A program made the translations under genes and the position numbers. A DNA stretch of 64,000 nt, from NCBI GenBank assembly GCA_048013815.1, contig CM106586.1:23684001-23748000 (forward strand). The letters run 5' to 3'. Each line of letters starts with the position of its first letter. The stretch's first letter is position 1. This document shows positions 36,234-46,912 of the stretch, in pieces. Under the pieces are notes generated by a model that made no database searches, was not told the origin of the DNA, and saw only the letters and a program-made list of their open reading frames with translations. Source of the DNA: Setoptus koraiensis. Taxonomy: Eukaryota; Animalia; Arthropoda.

Positions 36234-37857
36234 TCAAATCATCAGAAGGCACTTATCTCTGGTATTGTACATCAAAGAAACGATTCTATTGTCGGAACAA
36301 GCCTTTTGCATCAGCTCCGATATTCGCCTTTGTAATAAATTCCTTGTCATTTTTGTCATTGTCGGCAAAGATCTGGTTAGATTATCACTAGTTTGATCGT
36401 TGCTGTAGATATCACTATCGTGGTTTCGAAGTTCCATCATGTCAAATGCATCACATATATTGTCAAAATGATCCATATTCGTTTTAGAATTTTCCAATTC
36501 GTTCGGGGGAACTGGACGGTTGAGTTCAAACTTCTCCGTTTGAGACACATTACGGTTTAGATCTACTGGTAGATTCGAGTCGACGTTAGTTGAGGTGGCT
36601 TTGGGTAGGTCCTGATCGTGCCTCTCTCGGAGTCTCAAGCAGTTACGAGCTTCGTTGACATGAATGGAAAAAAAGCGAGGCCTCTCTATATACTGGTTCA
36701 ACCTAGTCTGGGTTATTGATAGCCTAAATAAGAAAAAGTTAATTAGATTTAACTGGGGCATTGAGGGAGGACTCAGAATCTCTAGAAGACCGGTTGAATT
36801 GCCAGTTTATACTTACCATCTATGAGAGTCATATAACATTCTTAGTTGATGATTCTCTAGGTGAAATTTGGATTTCAACTCCTCGTTGTTTACTACTTGC
36901 TCGAGTTTGTTAAAATCTTCCTCAGAAATGTGATAAAATCTGATTTTTTCCAAAAGTATATCTAACACTTGGTCGAAATCTTCTCCTACACCTGTAACTT
37001 GTCCCTTATTGTCCTCAACATCAATATTATTCTTATAACTAGTTGTGGCGTGTAGAGTATTCCAAACAACATTAGGCTTGCGCTCATCAATCATTTTTTG
37101 CTGTCTATGTTCGGCCCAATCTATCAGAGCTTTCAAAGCCTCTCCATCGCTTGCTTGCAAGTAATCCGACTGGAGTATCTCGTATAGCAAATCTGGCTCC
37201 AAATCATAGAATATAGGAAAACAAGTTATAGTACTGAATTCGTCACACATAAATCGAATAAGTTGTCTTCGAACCCATAAAGACCCCTTCGGTGATTTCA
37301 ACCATTCCAGGAGTTCCTGCATATGTCCTGTCGAACGAATATTTTTCTAGGGATAAAGATTCTACTATGAGATTCTCACAACTTTGAATAAGATTATTCA
37401 ATTCCAAAAAACTAGCTATGCTGTGTAGCTCTAATAAATCCGACAAAGAGCACAAGGAATGAACAGTTGTACAATTGTTGTTGGTGTCACGAGATTGCCC
37501 TGCAGTGAATTTCTGTTTTACTATTTCGTCAAGTCGGTACGTTTCCTGGTTGCATTGACAGGCACATGTATCCAGGACTTCAAGAGACAAGTTATCTAGG
37601 TAGATGGAGTGAAGGATAACACGAGCAAATCGCCTGGGTATGATAGATTCATCAAAAGTCAATTTCATTCTATGAATAGAATCCGATTGTTGAAGTTGTT
37701 TGGTTGCTCGTTCATATCCTTTTGTTTATTCAGTATTATTTTCTTCAAAAAAGAGGAGCGGGATGCCAGCAATGCTTGATGGCATGAATATTCGGTTTGA
37801 CTTGAGGATGGATTGCAGTTGGAATTGAAGCAAGTCCGATATGATTTTCTTCCGTTG
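36234..37857 (-). pseudogene. BTBD7: 5'-truncated BTBD7 fragment (partial leftmost unit) with indel errors
   Basis: Same sequence as 46913-48674 but with single-base indels that split the ORF. The errors increase toward the junk tract. Confidence 0.7.
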
Positions 37858-38271
37858 TAGTGGAAGGCTTGGATATAATTGATTGGTCGGATTGGTTGCC
37901 AGTTGATCATCATCAACCATCTGATTGCCATCGATGACGAGTTTTCGAGGTGTATTGTAGAGAAGTGGATTGCTGAAAAACAGTGCAAATATTACAAAAC
38001 ATGATAAGATGAGCATCAAATAGAATTTAATAAATCTAGGCCATCTATGAGACCAGAAAATCCTCTTGAGTAATATAAGTAGATCTTGAAAGTTTGACGG
38101 TACATTTAATTCTTTGTTCATACCAAAAAACCAATTGAGTCGGTGATGGTAGAAATGCTGATTTTGGTGCCTAAATGCGGTGTTTTTTGAAGAAGATGCC
38201 AGCGGTGTTGTAGGTGACGAAGATAAATGCTGCTGAGTATCAGTTAGATCTAATAGAACGTTGTGACTCAT
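37726..38271 (-). pseudogene. 5' fragment of an unidentified type II membrane protein gene, fused out of frame to BTBD7 sequence (copy 1)
   Basis: Cytosolic N-terminus, one TM segment (FIKFYLMLILSCFVIFALFFS) and a stem. After ...SLPLQ the ORF reads BTBD7 DNA in another frame and stops. Confidence 0.55.
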
Positions 38272-39617
38272 GTTTAACTGGTGTAATTGTAGTGATTGAG
38301 ATATAATAACAATATTGTAGAAGCCTCAAGAGCTCCATTTCTTGATTAGGAACAGCTACGAGGCAAGGTTCTTGGAAACAAAAGTCAAAATGGCCTCGTG
38401 AACGATCTCCCGCAACAGTCAGACTAAAGGGTTGATATTTCGAGGCATAGTAACTAACATCTTTCTATAGTGCGTCCATCGCTGTTCACTGTGATACTGA
38501 AACCAATATGGAGTGATCATAAGTATAGAGATGAATGCAGAATAGAGATTGTGCTTTGTACTAGTATTATTGCTAGTAACCGTGAATGACAGATCACCCC
38601 TTGAATTGTGCAATCTGAAAATTTTTCTTCTGACAGAGTGCTACGGACATGTGAGTGTTGGAGCGCCTTGCATATTTTTTTCTGCACATGCTCATGTTGT
38701 ATCACTATCAGCGATGTAAACAAGGATAGCAGCCTCTTGAGATGGTTTTGTATGTTCACTATGCTGTGAGAATCTTGAGAATCTTGAGAATCATTGAAAT
38801 CAATTTTCGTTGCGCAATATCCAGCTTGAGATTCAATCATGTAGAAAAATCTTCCTCGCACCCACAACGCTACCAACGATAATTGCAGAGAAGTGACATG
38901 TATACGCAAGTTAGATAGTGCCCCACCCGCATTATAAACTTCGATATTCCGTATCCCCAACTCGTGATGAACTTAAACGTCAGTTTCAAAGCGATGTTCA
39001 GAAAGCGATGTGCGAAAAAGACGTCTTTATACAAATTGTACATTAGAGCATGTGATGATAATGTTTGACGTTCAATCATCGAACTATATTGCGTATTCAA
39101 TTGTATGACTCATCATGTGCCCTCATGACCATTTTCGTACACGTGTGATGCTCTTCATTCTACAATACGTAGAGAGACTATTGAGTCCAGTGCCATTTTG
39201 ATATTATTGAGCACACCGCCCTTTAGAAAACCATTCAGGGCACTCACATTTTATATCACATTATCTCTCATTAGTATTTATTGTGAAGCCTATTAGAATG
39301 ATAAACGATTTGTGACCCGGCCATCATATAACTTCTCATGCAACACTCATGATAAGACCTGCATCTCACAATCTCTGCGAACTTTGTGAGTTCAACTCCT
39401 AGGCTGTTCGAATTTGGCGCTTTGGTAAAGTGAAAGTCTAGAGAGAAAGGCGCCTGGCTACACAATTCATTGTTAAACAATTAAATTGGGCTTAATGTTG
39501 TTATTGTTGTTGTTTTGATCAGTTTATATTATAACCAACATCTTACGGGTACTCTCAAAACTTAAAAAAATCCGCTTAATTATGCTGTCGAGAATTTATT
39601 GCTGAGGATAATTCATC

Positions 39618-40840
39618 ATGTCACCTTATCATGGTAGATTCAATTATGCCATTTGCAGGAGAATAAGCAGGCCCACAGCTGATTCTATCAGTAGCCAAGA
39701 AAGTGGAAACGGTACTGGTGATGCACTCCTGGATGATGACAATAACGCTAATCAATTCCAAGCGATCGATAATATGAGCGACAAAGAATTCAATGAGGCA
39801 CAGAATGAACTTCAAAATTATATCGCTACCTTACGAATGCTAAATATTGATGTTATAGAATTGTGTCCAGATGATGCTCTTAAGTATGAATCTATTTTCA
39901 TTGGAGACACTGCCGTCATTATAAACGGTCTCATCTTACTATGCAGACCTATTAATAGGCTTAAGGAGGCAAGTTATCATATGTGTCTTGAAAATCTAAA
40001 TTCTCTCTTTGTTAACTAGATCTAATTCATGACACTGAATCTATCGACACCATTACAAATATACAGATCGAAGACATTAAGCAAATCAAGAGAGAGCTCG
40101 ATTTACCAATCATCGAGGTTAAAGATGAAAGAGCCTATCTGAATGGGGGTGACGTATTATGGACGGGACGAGAAATATTTGTTGGTTTATCCAGTGAAAC
40201 CAATGAAGCTGGCGCTCGTGCAGTTGCAGGTAAACAAAATGTCGTGCATCATAAGATCAACCATTTCATTCTTTTATAAGAACTGAAATATTCATTCAAT
40301 TTTATCTATCATCCTCTAATCTAACCATGTAGCTGCATTTCCCGAGTATCCAGTGACACCGGTGCAAGTTCCACGGAAGAACAATTTACGTCTTAAATCT
40401 CACATCACCATGGCTGGTCCCGATATTTTGTGTGTCAGTAAATCTCAAGAGACACAGGAAATGCTTAGGGTAAGTACTATCGAACAATTAACTGATATTT
40501 ATATTTCACTAACTCCTCTACAATAAATTGAAGCTAATTGCTCATCTATGTGGTTGATTATATAAAATCTCAACATAATCAGAGAATGGAGAGAGAGGCA
40601 TCTCATCAGTACAAGCTTATCACTGTGGACGATGACCAAGCAGCAAATGTGCAATATATCAATGGTACCTTACTGCATAGGAACGATCTGCCTAGAAGCT
40701 TCGCAATATTTCAAGACAGAATTGATTATTCGAGAGTGCCTGTAAAAATATCAGCCTTGACAAAGAACTATCCTCACCAGGGACTAAACTCATTGTGCCT
40801 GTTAATAAGGAAGTCAAATCGCATTCAAAGTATAGTTTAG
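39618..40840 (+). CDS. DDAH: Dimethylarginine dimethylaminohydrolase (DDAH)-family protein, copy 1; exons 39618-39968, 40067-40229, 40333-40469, 40583-40840; 302 aa
   Basis: The spliced product has IFIGDTAVI, LNGGDVLWTGREIFVGLS...TNEAGARAVA, LKSHITMAGPDILCV, VDDDQAANV and GLNSLCLLI. Exon lengths sum to 909 nt, which is in frame. Confidence 0.85.
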
Positions 40841-41153
40841 TGTTCATGGATTCTAGAATAATAATATCATCGACGCATATGAGTATATTAAGTGCTAGAA
40901 AACTATTATTAGAGACAAATAAAAAAAGGGTAGCTTTTTCTATCCTTGCACCTGGTTCTAGAGGATCCCGCGAGTGCGGCGCACGGAATCGTTTCTTTTT
41001 TCTAAGCAGTCGCAGCTCTCTTACGGCATATTCGAAGACCATCCACTGACTTTTGCAGCTTGTAATTAGATTAGACAATTCGCGATTGAACGACTTCTGG
41101 TGAAGAAGATGATGGTTGCGCAAAGTTGATTGTCTTAGTTCATAGTTTTAATA

Positions 41154-42915
41154 TTAATAATTAAGAGTACATTTTTTAAGTCTTTTTGAGCATTTTACCA
41201 TTCGAGAAACCTTTTTTAGTTTGCAAGATGAATTGTGCAATTCAATTGCGTATAAGTCTGAGATTCCAAGTTCTCTTACAGATCTTAACTCAATCAATTT
41301 CATCAGATGGCACTTATCTCGTTTTGTCATCAAAGAAACGATTCTATTGTCGGAACAAGCCTTTTGCATCAGCTCCGATATTCGCCTTTGTAATAAATTC
41401 CTTGTCATTTTTGTCATTGTCGGCAAAGATCTGGTTAGATTATCACTAGTTTGATCGTTGCTGTAGATATCACTATCGTGGTTTCGAAGTTCCATCATGT
41501 CAAATGCATCACATATATTGTCAAAATGATCCATATTCGTTTTAGAATTTTCCAATTCGTTCGGGGGAACTGGACGGTTGAGTTCAAACTTCTCCGTTTG
41601 AGACACATTACGGTTTAGATCTACTGGTAGATTCGAGTCGACGTTAGTTGAGGTGGCTTTGGGTAGGTCCTGATCGTGCCTCTCTCGGAGTCTCAAGCAG
41701 TTACGAGCTTCGTTGACATGAATGGAAAAAAAGCGAGGCCTCTCTATATACTGGTTCAACCTAGTCTGGGTTATTGATAGCCTAAATAAGAAAAAGTTAA
41801 TTAGATTTAACTGGGGCATTGAGGGAGGACTCAGAATCTCTAGAAGACCGGTTGAATTGCCAGTTTATACTTACCATCTATGAGAGTCATATAACATTCT
41901 TAGTTGATGATTCTCTAGGTGAAATTTGGATTTCAACTCCTCGTTGTTTACTACTTGCTCGAGTTTGTTAAAATCTTCCTCAGAAATGTGATAAAATCTG
42001 ATTTTTTCCAAAAGTATATCTAACACTTGGTCGAAATCTTCTCCTACACCTGTAACTTGTCCCTTATTGTCCTCAACATCAATATTATTCTTATAACTAG
42101 TTGTGGCGTGTAGAGTATTCCAAACAACATTAGGCTTGCGCTCATCAATCATTTTTTGCTGTCTATGTTCGGCCCAATCTATCAGAGCTTTCAAAGCCTC
42201 TCCATCGCTTGCTTGCAAGTAATCCGACTGGAGTATCTCGTATAGCAAATCTGGCTCCAAATCATAGAATATAGGAAAACAAGTTATAGTACTGAATTCG
42301 TCACACATAAATCGAATAAGTTGTCTTCGAACCCATAAAGACCCCTTCGGTGATTTCAACCATTCCAGGAGTTCCTGCATATGTCCTGTCGAACGAATAT
42401 TTTCTAGGGATAAAGATTCTACTATGAGATTCTCACAACTTTGAATAAGATTATTCAATTCCAAAAAACTAGCTATGCTGTGTAGCTCTAATAAATCCGA
42501 CAAAGAGCACAAGGAATGAACAGTTGTACAATTGTTGTTGGTGTCACGAGATTGCCTGCAGTGAATTTCTGTTTTACTATTTTCGTCAAGTCGGTACGTT
42601 TCCTGGTTGCATTGACAGGCACATGTATCCAGGACTTCAAGAGACAAGTTATCTAGGTAGATGGAGTGAAGGATAACACGAGCAAATCGCCTGGGTATGA
42701 TAGATTCATCAAAAGTCAATTTCATTCTATGAATAGAATCCGATTTGTTGAAGTTGTTTGGTTGCTCGTTCATATCCTTTTGTTTATTCAGTATTATTTT
42801 CTTCAAAAAAGAGGAGCGGGATGCCAGCAATGCTTGATGGCATGAATATTCGGTTTGACTTGAGGATGGATTGCAGTTGGAATTGAAGCAAGTCCGATAT
42901 GATTTTCTTCCGTTG
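41154..42915 (-). pseudogene. BTBD7: 5'-truncated BTBD7 fragment in unit 1 (3' part of exon 1 plus exon 2)
   Basis: Matches 46913-48674 but lacks the first BTB domain and the native start. Confidence 0.75.
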
Positions 42916-43329
42916 TAGTGGAAGGCTTGGATATAATTGATTGGTCGGATTGGTTGCCAGTTGATCATCATCAACCATCTGATTGCCATCGATGACGAGT
43001 TTTCGAGGTGTATTGTAGAGAAGTGGATTGCTGAAAAACAGTGCAAATATTACAAAACATGATAAGATGAGCATCAAATAGAATTTAATAAATCTAGGCC
43101 ATCTATGAGACCAGAAAATCCTCTTGAGTAATATAAGTAGATCTTGAAAGTTTGACGGTACATTTAATTCTTTGTTCATACCAAAAAACCAATTGAGTCG
43201 GTGATGGTAGAAATGCTGATTTTGGTGCCTAAATGCGGTGTTTTTTGAAGAAGATGCCAGCGGTGTTGTAGGTGACGAAGATAAATGCTGCTGAGTATCA
43301 GTTAAATCTAATAGAACGTTGTGACTCAT
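42784..43329 (-). pseudogene. 5' fragment of an unidentified type II membrane protein gene fused to BTBD7 sequence (copy 2)
   Basis: Same 181-aa ORF as 37726-38271, with one synonymous difference. Confidence 0.55.
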
Positions 43330-44523
43330 GTTTAACTGGTGTAATTGTAGTGATTGAGATATAATAACAATATTGTAGAAGCCTCAAGAGCTCCATTTCT
43401 TGATTAGGAACAGCTACGAGGCAAGGTTCTTGGAAACAAAAGTCAAAATGGCCTCGTGAACGATCTCCCGCAACAGTCAGACTAAAGGGTTGATATTTCG
43501 AGGCATAGTAACTAACATCTTTCTATAGTGCGTCCATCGCTGTTCACTGTGATACTGAAACCAATATGGAGTGATCATAAGTATAGAGATGAATGCAGAA
43601 TAGAGATTGTGCTTTGTACTAGTATTATTGCTAGTAACCGTGAATGACAGATCACCCCTTGAATTGTGCAATCTGAAAATTTTTCTTCTGACAGAGTGCT
43701 ACGGACATGTGAGTGTTGGAGCGCCTTGCATATTTTTTTCTGCACATGCTCATGTTGTATCACTATCAGCGATGTAAACAAGGATAGCAGCCTCTTGAGA
43801 TGGTTTTGTATGTTCACTATGCTGTGAGAATCTTGAGAATCTTGAGAATCATTGAAATCAATTTTCGTTGCGCAATATCCAGCTTGAGATTCAATCATGT
43901 AGAAAAATCTTCCTCGCACCCACAACGCTACCAACGATAATTGCAGAGAAGTGACATGTATACGCAAGTTAGATAGTGCCCCACCCGCATTATAAACTTC
44001 GATATTCCGTATCCCCAACTCGTGATGAACTTAAACGTCAGTTTCAAAGCGATGTTCAGAAAGCGATGTGCGAAAAAGACGTCTTTATACAAATTGTACA
44101 TTAGAGCATGTGATGATAATGTTTGACGTTCAATCATCGAACTATATTGCGTATTCAATTGTATGACTCATCATGTGCCCTCATGACCATTTTCGTACAC
44201 GTGTGATGCTCTTCATTCTACAATACGTAGAGAGACTATTGAGTCCAGTGCCATTTTGATATTATTGAGCACACCGCCCTTTAGAAAACCATTCAGGGCA
44301 CTCACATTTTATATCACATTATCTCTCATTAGTATTTATTGTGAAGCCTATTAGAATGATAAACGATTTGTGACCCGGCCATCATATAACTTCTCATGCA
44401 ACACTCATGATAAGACCTGCATCTCACAATCTCTGCGAACTTTGTGAGTTCAACTCCTAGGCTGTTCGAATTTGGCGCTTTGGTAAAGTGAAAGTCTAGA
44501 GAGAAAGGCGCCTGGCTACACAA

Positions 44524-45224
44524 GGATGTGTTGCATTTTGGGTCGATTTTGAAAATTTTTGCTGTGGGTATCTATCGTTGGAGGTATGATAGAGCACCCC
44601 GAGTGGCGCCCATCGGGCCGGCCCGCGCACTGGAACCACCTTGCGGTCGGGCGTTACCGCGGTTTTAGTATTTTTTTTTTGTTTGGGGCCCCACTTCGCA
44701 TAGAAAGATAGGATCGGCGGAGATGTGACTATGCTCATTGTGTAGAGCGACTCCCAACCGACAAAATGAGCGAAAAAAATGTTGAAAAAACAACGGAGGT
44801 CGGTGTGAAAAACCGCAAGACCCGAGCCCCCTCCCCTGACCGCGCATAGGAGATGTGCAGATTTCGTCCGCTCATTGGCTGCTCTATTTGCATTTCTCCT
44901 ATGCGCGGTCAGGGGAGGGGGCTCGGGTCTTGCGGTTTTTCACACCGACCTCCGTTGTTTTTTCAACATTTTTTTCGCTCATTTTGTCGGTTGGGAGTCG
45001 CTCTACACAATGAGCATAGTCACATCTCCGCCGATCCTATCTTTCTATGCGAAGTGGGGCCCCAAACAAAAAAAAAATACTAAAACCGCGGTAACGCCCG
45101 ACCGCAAGGTGGTTCCAGTGCGCGGGCCGGCCCGATGGGCGCCACTCGGGGTGCTCTATCATACCTCCAACGATAGATACCCACAGCAAAAATTTTCAAA
45201 ATCGACCCAAAATGCAACACATCC
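44524..45224. mobile_element. 701-bp palindromic non-autonomous element (330-bp perfect TIRs plus 41-bp spacer), no TSD; Spy/PHIS-like MITE candidate
   Basis: Arms 44524-44853 and 44895-45224 are exact reverse complements, with ends GGATGTG...CACATCC. Filled site: CTACACAA[element]TTCATTG. Empty site in unit 1 (about 39458-39472): CTACACAATTCATTG. The element is visibly more GC-rich than its flanks. Confidence 0.85.
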
Positions 45225-45376
45225 TTCATTGTTAAACAATTAAATTGGGCTTAATGTTGTTATTGTTGTTGTTTTGATCAGTTTATATTATAACCAACAT
45301 CTTACGGGTACTCTCAAAACTTAAAAAAATCCGCTTAATTATGCTGTCGAGAATTTATTGCTGAGGATAATTCATC

Positions 45377-46599
45377 ATGTCACCTTATCATGGTAGATTC
45401 AATTATGCCATTTGCAGGAGAATAAGCAGGCCCACAGCTGATTCTATCAGTAGCCAAGGAAGTGGAAACGGTACTGGTGATGCACTCCTGGATGATGACA
45501 ATAACGCTAATCAATTCCAAGCGATCGATAATATGAGCGACAAAGAATTCAATGAGGCACAGAATGAACTTCAAAATTATATCGCTACCTTACGAATGCT
45601 AAATATTGATGTTATAGAATTGTGTCCAGATGATGCTCTTAAGTATGAATCTATTTTCATTGGAGACACTGCCGTCATTATAAACGGTCTCATCTTACTA
45701 TGCAGACCTATTAATAGGCTTAAGGAGGCAAGTTATCATATGTGTCTTGAAAATCTAAATTCTCTCTTTGTTAACTAGATCTAATTCATGACACTGAATC
45801 TATCGACACCATTACAAATATACAGATCGAAGACATTAAGCAAATCAAGAGAGAGCTCGATTTACCAATCATCGAGGTTAAAGATGAAAGAGCCTATCTG
45901 AATGGGGGTGACGTATTATGGACGGGACGAGAAATATTTGTTGGTTTATCCAGTGAAACCAATGAAGCTGGCGCTCGTGCAGTTGCAGGTAAACAAAATG
46001 TCGTGCATCATAAGATCAACCATTTCATTCTTTTATAAGAACTGAAATATTCATTCAATTTTATCTATCATCCTCTAATCTAACCATGTAGCTGCATTTC
46101 CCGAGTATCCAGTGACTCCGGTGCAAGTTCCACGGAAGAACAATTTACGTCTTAAATCTCACATCACCATGGCTGGTCCCGATATTTTGTGTGTCAGTAA
46201 ATCTCAAGAGACACAGGAAATGCTTAGGGTAAGTACTATCGAACAATTAACTGATATTTATATTTCACTAACTCCTCTATAATAAATTGAAGCTAATTGC
46301 TCATCTATGTGGTTGATTATATAAAATCTCAACATAATCAGAGAATGGAGAGAGAGGCATCTCATCAGTACAAGCTTATCACTGTGGACGATGACCAAGC
46401 AGCAAATGTGCAATATATCAATGGTACCTTACTGCATAGGAACGATCTGCCTAGAAGCTTCGCAATATTTCAAGACAGAATTGATTATTCGAGAGTGCCT
46501 GTAAAAATATCAGCCTTGACAAAGAACTATCCTCACCAGGGACTAAACTCATTGTGCCTGTTAATAAGGAAGTCAAATCGCATTCAAAGTATAGTTTAG
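45377..46599 (+). CDS. DDAH: DDAH-family protein, copy 2; exons 45377-45727, 45826-45988, 46092-46228, 46342-46599
   Basis: Same structure as copy 1. One non-synonymous change seen (SQES to SQGS at 45459). Confidence 0.85.
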
Positions 46600-46912
46600 T
46601 GTTCATGGATTCTAGAATAATAATATCATCGACGCATATGAGTATATTAAGTGCTAGAAAACTATTATTAGAGACAAATAAAAAAAGGGTAGCTTTTTCT
46701 ATCCTTGCACCTGGTTCTAGAGGATCCCGCGAGTGCGGCGCACGGAATCGTTTCTTTTTTCTAAGCAGTCGCAGCTCTCTTACGGCATATTCGAAGACCA
46801 TCCACTGACTTTTGCAGCTTGTAATTAGATTAGACAATTCGCGATTGAACGACTTCTGGTGAAGAAGATGATGGTTGCGCAAAGTTGATTGTCTTAGTTC
46901 ATAGTTTTAATA

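Noticed and set aside
38419-39480. Short minus-strand ORFs between the type II gene fragment and DDAH
   Set aside because: No recognisable motifs. More likely UTR or promoter sequence, repeated only because of the tandem array.
41154-41819. Independent 221-aa gene present in three copies
   Set aside because: It is exon 2 of BTBD7, joined by a 93-nt GT-AG intron.
44524-45224. Helitron, or a fold-back read artefact, as the explanation of the 701-bp element
   Set aside because: Lacks TC...CTRR ends and has long TIRs. It is not a copy of the flanking DNA, the arms are error-free, and both junctions are precise relative to the empty site.
44496-45243. ORFs within the palindromic element as a transposase
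   Set aside because: Short, mirror-duplicated, and without DDE or DNA-binding motifs.
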